NCBI GenBank assembly: GCA_965223545.1
Contig: OZ245006.1
Location: 3,072,001 to 3,136,000 of the forward strand
Source: Planctomycetota bacterium
Lineage (GTDB): Bacteria > Planctomycetota > UBA1135 > UBA2386
Reading direction: 5' to 3'
DNA length: 64,000 bases
Shown here: one piece after another, positions 10,401 to 19,056 of the stretch
Numbering within the stretch: position 1 is the first letter of the stretch
How the letters are laid out: each line of letters starts with the position of its first letter
Position numbers and translations under genes: made by a program
Notes under the pieces: model-generated
What the model was told of the DNA's origin: nothing
Seen by the model: only the letters and a program-made list of their open reading frames with translations
Databases searched by the model: none

Positions 10401-11231
10401 CCGGACACCGATGAGCGCGGCGCGAGCATTGCCGCACTGCAGGCCCTTGGCGCGACCGTCGAGGTGGCAGTCCTCGACCCCGCGGACGGGGCCGCGCTGC
10501 GCCACACCGTCGAACGATCGCGCGCGGACAACGGCCCGCTCCGCGGGGCAATCGGCGCGGCCACGCCGCGCCTGCACAGCCCCGACGCGATTCGATGCGG
10601 CGTCGAGTGCAGCCGCGCGCTGCTCGCCGCAGTCGCCGGCGAGCCGGTGCAGTTCACGGTGCTGACGACCTGCATCACCAGCGTGCTCGGTGGGGACGGG
10701 GTCGTCACTGACGCCGCCGCGGCGACCGCGGCCGAGAGCATCGCCCTGGCCGCCGACGCCGACGCCCGCGCCCGCGTCGTCACCTGGGACCGCTGGGACG
10801 ACCACGACGGGATCCTCGGCGACGACGGCCGCACGGCTCTCGGCCGGATCCTCACCAGCCCCGAGCGCCACGTCATCGTCTCCCGTTACGACCTCGACGC
10901 GCGCCGCGCCGGCGCCACGCCACGAGCTCCCGCTCGATCCGGATCCGCCACCGCGCCGCGCACGCCACTCGAGCGCGACATTCTGGCCATTTGGAGCGAG
11001 TGCCTGCAGGACGACTCGATCGGCGTGCTCGACAACTTCTTCGAGGTCGGCGGGCGCTCGGCGACGGCGACGCGGGTGCTGGCCCTACTCCGCGAACGCC
11101 TGAGCGTCGAGCTCCCGTTGCGACAGCTGTTCGAAGCACCGACGGTCGCCGATCTCGCGGCGGTGATCGAGAGCCGGCAATCGGACGATGCCGGCCGCGA
11201 CGACAGCGAGCGAGAAGAGATCGAGATCTGA
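7413..11231 (+). CDS. Type I PKS module: KS - degenerate AT - degenerate KR - ACP - C-terminal docking tail
   Basis: IAIIGMACRFP, MDPQHR, NDKD, VQTACSTS, EAHGTGT, KSNFGH, GGTNAH (KS); RVSLPTYPFAR; VLITGGFGRVG (KR); DNFFEVGGRS (ACP); ends ...DDSEREEIEI. Confidence 0.93.
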   Translation: MSPPPSPAPADAIAIIGMACRFPEAPDIESYWRLLRDGVEAVRFPDPDALRAAGDTPERMRHPRYVASPGAVLDDVDAFDAAFFGIEADRAALMDPQHRVFLECTHAALEDAGYDPTRYPGMIALFAGAGRNHYLLEHLLPQARAMATAGPLEVTLTNDKDFVPLRVSYLLDLRGPSVGVQTACSTSLVATHLACQSLLSGDADIALAGGVSITTLHGRGYIGSDDGLFSADGHCRPFDADATGPAAGNGAGVVVLKRLEDALRDRDCVRALILGSAINNDGATKVGFTAPAVEGQRQVVRDALSIAGVDAGTISYVEAHGTGTKLGDMIEVAALTDAFRDQTVQRAYCGIGSVKSNFGHTNTAAGVAGLIKVVLALQNRELPASLNFARPNPEIDFADSPFRVVDRRQRWAADTPRRAAVHAVAMGGTNAHAVLQEAPAAHPRQATETAAHVLPLSAPTAEGLQRVAERLRSHLQAHPDQALADIAYTLQVGRRAFDHRLAVVATTTQAAVAALEDFASPAVATPGRALTLCLADSAPEPEAWRRLQREDNAFRDAISECGDPEALLAENGGRSAFAWLYALAKSWQRFGVTPARTVGSGIAEWVAKSLDGRCDLSTGLAHADRITPTGAVQPPDDPTATRLVIGAASSEADATGGLLDPLPVIARLWCEGIEIDWQPRADLLEARRVSLPTYPFARARHWIDAGDGTPATVQPEAEVDGWLYVPTWNRVPVPTERVTVRDTEWLVLADPTGVGDHVAARLRHRGAGVTCITPAAAFEQVGDRRYALRPDSKDDWQRLFEQLAAQGRQPQHALHLWSLAPASENGAANPHLDSRVSLCVDSLRHIVEHVDASAGNGAVMLVTDRLSDVLGGEVADPERALAVGAFRALTSEHRRLRARHLDLCLAPPQADAAAAADIVIDEATTSAPNSTVAYRGLSRWRQSHTRLRASAVASTNELRGTVLITGGFGRVGQSAALQLAAPGVHLLLTTRRPMAAPDTDERGASIAALQALGATVEVAVLDPADGAALRHTVERSRADNGPLRGAIGAATPRLHSPDAIRCGVECSRALLAAVAGEPVQFTVLTTCITSVLGGDGVVTDAAAATAAESIALAADADARARVVTWDRWDDHDGILGDDGRTALGRILTSPERHVIVSRYDLDARRAGATPRAPARSGSATAPRTPLERDILAIWSECLQDDSIGVLDNFFEVGGRSATATRVLALLRERLSVELPLRQLFEAPTVADLAAVIESRQSDDAGRDDSEREEIEI

Positions 11232-11373
11232 AAGCGTCCCCCGGGGCGCGTCACCGTCGCGGCGCGTTCGGCACCACCGGGCAGGGGCAGAGCCCGTAGC
11301 GCCCCTCGCCGGCACGGGCATCGAGGGGCACTGCCCCCTGTCGCCGACGCGCGAAACGCGGGACGATGCCGCG

Positions 11374-13809
11374 GTGGCGACTCCGCGACCCGTCTTCCGC
11401 CGAGCACTCGGACGGCTCGACAGCTACGCCGCGCTGGTCGGCATTCTGGTCGGCGCCGGGATCTTCCGGGTCACCGGCGACGCCTACGCCCTGACCGGCC
11501 CGAGCGTCATCCTGGGCTATCTGGTCCTGGCGCCGGTGATCGCCGCCACCGCCCTGCCGTACGCGGCGTTTCTCGGCACCACGGCGGGCGGCACCGCCGG
11601 CGGGGACTACGCCCACATCGCCCAGGTGTTCGGCCGCGGCCGGTTGGCCTTCCTCGCCGGATGGCTCAAGTTGATTTCCTATCTGGGCGCCGCAGCGTAC
11701 TTGGCCCTGACGGTTGCCGACTACGGCGTCGAGCTTCTCGTCACCTGCGGCTTGCCTGGGGCAGCGGCCCTCGACCGCACGTGGATCGCCGTCGCGACCC
11801 TGCTGCTGTTCTGGTCGGTGCAGGCCGGCGGCGCCCGTTGGTTCGCGCGCACCCAGACCGCGATGTTTCTCGCACTGCTGGCGGCAATCGCCCTGCTGGT
11901 CATTCCCGGCGTGTTCGCGATCCGGCCGCAGAACTACCAACCGTTCTTCGCAGCGGGCGCGACGGGCTTCGTCACCGCGCTGCCGCCCCTGTTCTTTGCG
12001 TACGCGGGGTTCGAGGCGCTCGCGCACCACGCGGCCGAAGTGCGCGACGGCTCCCGGCGGCTGCCGGGCATTCTGTTGCGCGGGATCGCGATGACCACCG
12101 CGATCTTCGTGGCGATGGCATCCGTCGCACTCGGAACGGTCGACGGAGCCGCGATCCGAGCGAGCACGGCGCCGATGGCGACCGCGGCCGCGGCCTACTT
12201 GCCCGCCGGAGCCGCCGCGGTCGTCGCCCTGGGCGGAGTCCTGGCGGCGGCGACTTCGGTCAATGCCACGCTCGCGGTGCCACCGCGGCTCGCGGTGACC
12301 CTGGCCGCCGACAAGCTGCTGCCGACCGCTTTGGGCTCGGTCCACTCGATCTCGGGCGCCCCGCGCCCGGCGCTGTTGGCCACGGTCGGGGTTGCGCTGG
12401 CGCTTCTGCTCAGCGGTCAGCTCGCGTTCGCCCTGAACATCGCCGTGCTCAGCCTGATGCTGGTCTACCTGTTGCACAGTGTCGCGCTGTTGTGCGTTCA
12501 GCGGCGAGCGCCGCGGCTGTGGTCGGAGATCATCCGTCAGACTCCGGCCCGCCGGCTACGCGCCGCCGCCTGGATCAGCGCTGCGACCCTCGCCGCGCTG
12601 ATCGGGACCATGGTCGTCCACGACGTCACCGCGATCGCCAACGACAGCATCGTCAGCCGATGGTCGGCCGGCAATCTGACCGCGCTCGAGCTCTGGATCT
12701 TCTGGGCCGCGGCGGGGTTGCTCCTGCACGCGAGGGCCGCCGGCAGGCAGGACACCGAGGTCCGCGATGTGAACGCGCGCAACCGGGACTTCATCCGCTA
12801 CGAGCAGGTGGAGAAGCGGCAGAGCTACCGGCTCGCCGAGGCGCGAAGCACGACTTCCGTTGCGGAGACCGAACGCTTCGACGACGACTTCGAGCTGCGG
12901 ACCGTGTCGATGCGTCTTCCCGAAGACGCCTTCGCCGCCGAACTGGGCACCGCCTTGGAGGAGATCGGGTTTTGCGTGTTGACCGACCACGGCACCGATC
13001 CGCGGCTGTTCGCGACGGCGGCAGAGCACACTCTGCGCATGCTGCGCGACACGCCGCAGGCCGCCAAGCAGCGATACCGCGCACGACGCCACGGCTCGAT
13101 CAACGCGGGCTGGTTCCCCCTGCAGGAGACCAGTGACATCCATCCCGATCAGGTGGAGGGCTGGGTCCTGTGCCGGCGCGCATTCGACCTGGGCGAGCGC
13201 GACGACTACGACGTCGACGCGTTCTGGCCGGACCCCGCACACGAGCGCGCGTTGCGGCCACTGTGCACGACCCAAGAGAGGCTGATCCTGCCCATCATGC
13301 AGGCAGTGCTGCGCTACCTCGGGTGCGACCCGCATCTGTACGACGCCCGACTGACGGCCACCAACTTCGCCCTCCGACTCAACTACTACCCACCGCAGGC
13401 AGCAGACGCCCCCACCGGAGCCGGCCGGCTGCTGGGCCACGAGGACGTCACGCTGTTCACCATGCTGCCGGCCCCCACCATCGAAGGCCTGCAGATTCTC
13501 AACCGCGCGAGCGCGGCGTGGGTGCGCGTCGACGCGCCGCCGAACAGCCTGATCCTGAACACGGGCGACTACATGCAACGGATCACCAATGACCGCCTGC
13601 CGTCGACCACGCACCGCGTCAGCCTGCCGCGCGATCCCGCCCTGCGCCGACAACCTCGCGTCAGCTTTCCGATGAACGTCTACTTGTGGGAAGACGAGAT
13701 CCTCGAGGTGCTCCCGGGCTTGGGCGAGCCGGCGTACCCGCCGGTTCGGGCCGAAGACTTCCACACCCGGATCACCGCGAAGTACTACGGCGACGATTAC
13801 CCCAGGTGA
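11374..13809 (+). CDS. APC-family amino-acid permease fused in frame to an isopenicillin-N-synthase-like 2OG-Fe(II) oxygenase
   Basis: GILVGAGIF and FFAYAGFE (APC) with many TM segments; then LRLNYYP, GHEDVTLFT (HxD), NTGDYMQRITN, STTHRV, RVS (RxS). No stop between the halves; possible internal start GTG 12769. Confidence 0.85.
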   Translation: MATPRPVFRRALGRLDSYAALVGILVGAGIFRVTGDAYALTGPSVILGYLVLAPVIAATALPYAAFLGTTAGGTAGGDYAHIAQVFGRGRLAFLAGWLKLISYLGAAAYLALTVADYGVELLVTCGLPGAAALDRTWIAVATLLLFWSVQAGGARWFARTQTAMFLALLAAIALLVIPGVFAIRPQNYQPFFAAGATGFVTALPPLFFAYAGFEALAHHAAEVRDGSRRLPGILLRGIAMTTAIFVAMASVALGTVDGAAIRASTAPMATAAAAYLPAGAAAVVALGGVLAAATSVNATLAVPPRLAVTLAADKLLPTALGSVHSISGAPRPALLATVGVALALLLSGQLAFALNIAVLSLMLVYLLHSVALLCVQRRAPRLWSEIIRQTPARRLRAAAWISAATLAALIGTMVVHDVTAIANDSIVSRWSAGNLTALELWIFWAAAGLLLHARAAGRQDTEVRDVNARNRDFIRYEQVEKRQSYRLAEARSTTSVAETERFDDDFELRTVSMRLPEDAFAAELGTALEEIGFCVLTDHGTDPRLFATAAEHTLRMLRDTPQAAKQRYRARRHGSINAGWFPLQETSDIHPDQVEGWVLCRRAFDLGERDDYDVDAFWPDPAHERALRPLCTTQERLILPIMQAVLRYLGCDPHLYDARLTATNFALRLNYYPPQAADAPTGAGRLLGHEDVTLFTMLPAPTIEGLQILNRASAAWVRVDAPPNSLILNTGDYMQRITNDRLPSTTHRVSLPRDPALRRQPRVSFPMNVYLWEDEILEVLPGLGEPAYPPVRAEDFHTRITAKYYGDDYPR

Positions 13810-13818
13810 GGTCGAACT

Positions 13819-14478
13819 TCATCGAGCAGCGCGTTCCGCAACCCACGCGACGAGGGGAATCGTCAGCCTGTACGGCAGCTTTACGGCCCAGCTCGGCAGC
13901 TTGGGATGCCGCTCCTCGCGCTCGACCCGCCCGCGCAGGTGCTCCAAGCCGAGTCGTCGAGGAACCGCGCGCCGCAGGTCGATGCCGACAAGGTGTTTGA
14001 TGCTCTTGTAGCCGTAGTGCTTCGGCGCGACGAGGCGCAACGGCCCACCACTACGGCCATCGAGAGGCCGGTCGTCGAAGTGTGTCGCGACGATGACGTC
14101 CTCGGCGAGCGCATCCTCCCATACGAAATGGCCGCGGCGGTGATCCGCCGCGCGGGCCACCACGTAGGGGGCGGGCGGCGTGAGTTGGCCCAGTGCTTCG
14201 AGGACCTGCCGCAGGGGCACGCCCGTCCAGCGCACACCCCTCACCGACCAGGTCGTCACGCAGTGGAAGTCCGCTTGCAGCGTTCGCGGGCCCAGCGCGC
14301 GGAAATCATCGAGATCGAGCTGCGCGACCGGCTCTCGGTCGCGACGCACGACGAGCACCGGCGGTGGCAGCGGATCCGGCGGAGCCGACCACGGCCGATC
14401 CGAGAAGCGCGGCATTTGGCGCAACTCGCGTTGGCCGGGCGGCAACCCGGCGGCGCGTCTTGGCCACTGGAAACCCAT
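13819..14478 (-). CDS. Molybdopterin-dependent oxidoreductase (sulfite oxidase / MsrP-like, Oxidored_molyb domain)
   Basis: LPPGQ, DFHCVTTWS, WTGV, GGPLRLVAP, YGYKSIKHL motifs. Confidence 0.88.
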   Translation of the reverse strand: MGFQWPRRAAGLPPGQRELRQMPRFSDRPWSAPPDPLPPPVLVVRRDREPVAQLDLDDFRALGPRTLQADFHCVTTWSVRGVRWTGVPLRQVLEALGQLTPPAPYVVARAADHRRGHFVWEDALAEDVIVATHFDDRPLDGRSGGPLRLVAPKHYGYKSIKHLVGIDLRRAVPRRLGLEHLRGRVEREERHPKLPSWAVKLPYRLTIPLVAWVAERAAR

Positions 14479-14544
14479 GGGGTCGCGACTATCTCACCAG
14501 CGAATGCCCTGCGCACCAAGGGAGGCGCAATTAGCATTGGCGAC

Positions 14545-15888
14545 GTGAGTGCGACCCTAGCCATCTCGTTGCTCGCCCTCGCCGGCCAGCAACCCGTGCC
14601 AACGGACACGAGTGCCCCGCGTGTTGCGTCCGACGTTTCCGCCGCCGACTCCTGGCCGCACTGGCGCGGCCCATTCGGCACGGGAGCCAACCCGGCCGCC
14701 GACCCGCCGACGCGATGGAGCGAAGCCGAAGGGGTACGCTGGAAAGTGCCGCTGCCGGGAACGGGTCACAGCTCCCCGGTGGTCGCCGGCGACCTCGTGT
14801 TCGTGACCAGCGCGGTCCCGTTCGGCGAGCACGGCGATCCGGTGCCGGACGACGCACCCGGGGCGCACGACAACGCGCCCGTCACGCAACAGCACGCGTT
14901 CGTCGTGCAGGCCTACCGGCGCGCCGACGGCGGCCTGCTGTGGACGACGACGGTGCGTGAGCAACTGCCACATGCGGGCGCCCACGTCAGCGGATCACTG
15001 GCATCGGCGTCGCCGGTGACGGATGGCGGCCACGTGTACGCCTTCTTCGGCTCGTACGGCCTGTACTGCATCGACACCCGCGGCGAGATCGTGTGGCAGC
15101 GTGACCTGGGCGACATGCAGGTCAAGCACGGCCACGGCGAGGGTGCTTCCCCGGCCCTGCACGGCGACACGATCATCGTCAACTGGGACCACGAAGGAGA
15201 CTCCTTCATCGTCGCCCTGGACAAGCGCGACGGCACCGAGCGCTGGCGGCGCCCGCGCGACGAGGTCACCTCATGGGCATCGCCTCTCATCGTCGAGCAC
15301 GGCGATCGGCGCCAAGTCATCGTGAGCGGCACGACAAGGGTGCGGGCGTACGACCTCGAGAACGGGGACGAGATCTGGGCGTGCGGAGGCTTGTCACACA
15401 ACGTCGTCGCCTCGCCCGTCGCGGCCGATGGCATGGTGTATGCGGCCAGCAGCTACGAGAAGCGGGCTCTGCTGGCGATCCGGCTCGAGGGTGCCGAGGG
15501 CGACCTCACCGGCACCGACCATGTGGTGTGGTCGCGTCGCCGGCGCACACCGTACGTTCCCTCCCCACTGCTGTACGGGGAGTGGCTGTACTTCCTCAAC
15601 CACTACCAGGGAGTGCTCACGCGGGTGCGCGCGCGCACCGGCGAGGAACCCGACGGACCGTTTCGCCTCCCCGAGGTGTACGAGCTCTACGCATCTCCCG
15701 TCGGTGCCGCCAACCGAATCTACTTGTGCGACCGCGATGGGGTCACGGTCGTGCTTTCCCATGGCGACGACCAGCCGCAGATCGTCGCGATCAACCGCCT
15801 GGACGACAGCTTCAGTGCGACGCCGGCATTGGCGGGCCGCGAGCTGTACCTGCGCGGTCGCAACCTGTACTGCATCGCGCCCGACTGA
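14545..15888 (+). CDS. Exported PQQ-like beta-propeller repeat protein
   Basis: Signal-like N-terminus, WPHWRGP, GHSSPVV, ASPV/SPLL repeats; start approximate. Confidence 0.85.
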   Translation: MSATLAISLLALAGQQPVPTDTSAPRVASDVSAADSWPHWRGPFGTGANPAADPPTRWSEAEGVRWKVPLPGTGHSSPVVAGDLVFVTSAVPFGEHGDPVPDDAPGAHDNAPVTQQHAFVVQAYRRADGGLLWTTTVREQLPHAGAHVSGSLASASPVTDGGHVYAFFGSYGLYCIDTRGEIVWQRDLGDMQVKHGHGEGASPALHGDTIIVNWDHEGDSFIVALDKRDGTERWRRPRDEVTSWASPLIVEHGDRRQVIVSGTTRVRAYDLENGDEIWACGGLSHNVVASPVAADGMVYAASSYEKRALLAIRLEGAEGDLTGTDHVVWSRRRRTPYVPSPLLYGEWLYFLNHYQGVLTRVRARTGEEPDGPFRLPEVYELYASPVGAANRIYLCDRDGVTVVLSHGDDQPQIVAINRLDDSFSATPALAGRELYLRGRNLYCIAPD

Positions 15889-15907
15889 CGGCGCGGCCCG
15901 GCCGACG

Positions 15908-17671
15908 TCAACCGCCGATCAACGCCGCCGCCGCATCCGACGTCGTCAGGCCGAGCCCGCTTCCCGGCGCGCGCGGATCCACCACAAGCCACTGGTGGAA
16001 CACCACCTGACCAATCAGATCCCGGTCGGCCGGCAGCGGAATCGACGCCGCACCCAAGCCGCGGCCATCAATCGGCACCAGCAGAGTGCTGTTCATGCCG
16101 GTGCGCAGCGCGCAACCGAAGCCGGCCCCCAGCCCACTCAGCGGCCACGGCAGCGCCAACCCTCGCCAGCTGGTGTTCGAGCTGCCGGTCGCCAGGATCG
16201 CGTTGCCGCCCGGCGGCGCGCTGTACAGATAGGTCTGGTAGATCGCACCGACCGTGGGCGCGGTACCGCCGATGCCAGGCGATCCATTGGAGCCGGTGCA
16301 ACCGCGAACGCCGAACACGTGGAACCCACCAGCCGGCGAGCGTGCCGCATCCACGACCGCATCCAGCTCTTCGTAGGCGTCCTGCGCCCTCGGCGACAAG
16401 CCGCCGGCGGCGAGCAGGTCCGTGGTCTCGAACGGATCGAGCCTGAGATCGTAGAGCTCGTCGAAGAACAGTGTCGGCGCCGGGTACCGGCGTACGAGCT
16501 TGTAGCGCGCCTCACGCGCGGCGGCGAACCCGCTGGCCGTTCCCGAGAACGTCGCACCAAAGAACAACTCGGTGAAGACCGACGACCTCGTCGCGACCGC
16601 TCCGGGTTGGGCCAAGATCGGCATCACGCTGATCGCGTCGATCGGCATCCAGGGATCCAAGACCTGTTCGGCGTCGACGCCGACGAGGTCGAGACAGGTG
16701 GCAAACAGGTCCACGGCGCTGACCAGAGCACCGACTTCGCGGCCACCCTGCGCGACGTCGGGACCGGCGATGATCAGAGGAACGTTGACACCTCCCTCGT
16801 AGGGAGTCGCCTTCGCGTGAGTCGGTTGGAACGGGGGCTCGCTGACCTCGGCGGTCGTACCGTTGTCACCGACGAAGATGACGTTGGTGTTTGCCAAGCG
16901 CGATCCGAGGTGACGCAGCAGTCGCCCGCTCTCGCGATCCATCGCCTCCACCATGGCACGAAAGAACGGGACCGGGGTCTGGGTCGGGTCCAAACCCGCG
17001 AGCGACTGCGAGTGCAGCGACGGAGGTGGCGCGTGAAACGGTGTGTGCGGCGCGTTGAACGACACCACACAAAGCCAGGGCTGCCGCTGCCGATCGATCC
17101 AGTCGATGGCGTCGTCGACGATCTGAGTGGTCGCGTACACCGTGCAGTTCGCCGTCACGCCATTCTCGGTGCGATCCCAGTCGAAGTAGTCGTGCACGCC
17201 ACCCGACAACAGGCCGGCGAAATGAGACCACCCCGCGCGATTGGGCCCGCGCGAACCACCGGCCGGCGAACCCAAGTGCCACTTGCCGATCAGCGCATGC
17301 GCGTATCCCGACCCGCCACGGTCGAGGGCTTCGGGCAACGTCGTCTCGCGGTCTGCCAAGACGCCTGTGTTGAACGGCAACGCCTGGCCGACCAGCGTTC
17401 GGAAAGCATGGCGGCCGGTGAACATGCCGGCCCGAGTCGGCGAGCACACCGGGTTGGCCCATGCGTTGCGAAACAACACCCCGCGGGCGGCCAGGCCGTC
17501 GATGGTCGGTGTCGGCGGCGGGTTGGCGCCCTCTCGATAGCTAGCAACGCCGTCGACACCCAAGTCATCTGCGACCACGATCAGGACATTGCGCTGCGTG
17601 ATCCCCGGCACTGACGTAAGTGCCGCGACCACCGCGCCCAACAATGGGTTGCGGAGGGCTCGTTGTTGCAT
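15908..17671 (-). CDS. Exported sulfatase (formylglycine-dependent) with C-terminal accessory domain
   Basis: NVLIVVADDLG, CSPTR (CxPxR), GKWHLG, GDNG, YEGGVNVPL; about 130-aa extra C-terminal tail. Confidence 0.9.
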   Translation of the reverse strand: MQQRALRNPLLGAVVAALTSVPGITQRNVLIVVADDLGVDGVASYREGANPPPTPTIDGLAARGVLFRNAWANPVCSPTRAGMFTGRHAFRTLVGQALPFNTGVLADRETTLPEALDRGGSGYAHALIGKWHLGSPAGGSRGPNRAGWSHFAGLLSGGVHDYFDWDRTENGVTANCTVYATTQIVDDAIDWIDRQRQPWLCVVSFNAPHTPFHAPPPSLHSQSLAGLDPTQTPVPFFRAMVEAMDRESGRLLRHLGSRLANTNVIFVGDNGTTAEVSEPPFQPTHAKATPYEGGVNVPLIIAGPDVAQGGREVGALVSAVDLFATCLDLVGVDAEQVLDPWMPIDAISVMPILAQPGAVATRSSVFTELFFGATFSGTASGFAAAREARYKLVRRYPAPTLFFDELYDLRLDPFETTDLLAAGGLSPRAQDAYEELDAVVDAARSPAGGFHVFGVRGCTGSNGSPGIGGTAPTVGAIYQTYLYSAPPGGNAILATGSSNTSWRGLALPWPLSGLGAGFGCALRTGMNSTLLVPIDGRGLGAASIPLPADRDLIGQVVFHQWLVVDPRAPGSGLGLTTSDAAAALIGG

Positions 17672-17876
17672 GGATCCCGGGAGCGGGGACGAGAGGAGGT
17701 GGTCGGATCTTTGAGCAAAACCCGATCGCCAGGGCAATTCGGGATCCCCCGTGGTGCGGGTGGGATTCCCGCGAGTGCGCTGCTCCGCATCGCAGCTGCC
17801 GCGCGAGCCGGTCCCGGATTGCGCATGAACGTCATCCGGGAGTACAAGAGAGGACCTTGCCACCCCCACACCTCCC

Positions 17877-19013
17877 ATGAACGGCTCCCTCACCCGGTCC
17901 CGAATCGGACTCGCTTCTCTTCTCCTCGCCGCGAGTGTCGCCAGCCAACCGTCCGCTGGCTGGCACATGGAGTTTCCAACCGCGGGCGGTCGCGTGGTCC
18001 TACGCGACCTGCAGGGTCACACGGTAAACGTGTGGACCTCGCCGATCGCCAACCACCGCTTCGCCGAGCTCGCCAAGCCGCTGCCGAACGGCAACCTCCT
18101 GGCGATGCTGATCGACGACACTCTGCCGGGCCCGCCGCACCACAAGATCCTGGTCGAGCTGGATTGGCTCGGCAACACCGTTTGGAGCTATGACCCACTG
18201 ACGGTCGGGCGTTATCTGCACCACGACTTCGAGCGCCTGGCCAACGGCAACACGCTGCTGTGCACGCAACAGGTCGTCACCGATCCGACGATTGCGCCGG
18301 GCAACATGTACGACGAAGTCATCATGGAGGTCGACCCCACCGGGACCGTGGTCTGGGAGTGGTCCACGCTCGCCAATCGGGCTCAGCTTCCGATCACTTC
18401 CGCCGGCTGGACCTACCTGTCGACGCGCCCCGCCGGCGCCGTGCGCACGCTGTTCCACCTCAACTCGGTGCAGTCGCTGCCGCGCAACCGACTCGAAGAC
18501 CCTCGCTTTCTCGCCGGCGACGTCCTCGTCAGCTACCGCGATACCAACTTGGTGATGGTGATCCGCAAGAGCACTGGCAACGTCACCTGGAGCATGATCA
18601 ACCGGACGATTGGCCAGCACCATGCGCGCATGATCCCGCTCGGGCTGCCCGGCGCCGGCAACATCCTGTTGTTCGACAACGGTGGCGCGTCGGGAGCTCC
18701 CTTGCTGGTGCGTGACTCGTCCCGAATCATCGAGATCTGGCCCGTCGACGGCCGCATCGTCTGGGGCTACGAGTGCGTTGTCGGTGCGGCGCCGAGCAGC
18801 TGGTGCAAGACGACGTTCGCCAGCGCCTTCATGGGTTCCGTGCAACGCCTGCCCAACGGCAACACGCTGATCTGCTCGGCCGAGCAGGGCCGCTCCTTCG
18901 AGGTCGACCGCAACCGCCAAGTGGTCTGGTCGCGCAACACCGGCACGCGCATCTACCGCTCGTACCGCATCGACGCGAATTGGCCGTCGTCGATGCCGAG
19001 CTTCATCTGGTAG
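17877..19013 (+). CDS. Arylsulfotransferase (ASST)-like exported beta-propeller
   Basis: Signal peptide; HHDFERLANGNTL, FHLNSV, GQHHAR, LLFDNG, QRLPNGNTLI, IYRSYR. Confidence 0.82.
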   Translation: MNGSLTRSRIGLASLLLAASVASQPSAGWHMEFPTAGGRVVLRDLQGHTVNVWTSPIANHRFAELAKPLPNGNLLAMLIDDTLPGPPHHKILVELDWLGNTVWSYDPLTVGRYLHHDFERLANGNTLLCTQQVVTDPTIAPGNMYDEVIMEVDPTGTVVWEWSTLANRAQLPITSAGWTYLSTRPAGAVRTLFHLNSVQSLPRNRLEDPRFLAGDVLVSYRDTNLVMVIRKSTGNVTWSMINRTIGQHHARMIPLGLPGAGNILLFDNGGASGAPLLVRDSSRIIEIWPVDGRIVWGYECVVGAAPSSWCKTTFASAFMGSVQRLPNGNTLICSAEQGRSFEVDRNRQVVWSRNTGTRIYRSYRIDANWPSSMPSFIW

Positions 19014-19056
19014 TCGGGGTCGATCCGGCGACGGCTTGCCGCGACAATCAGCGGCC

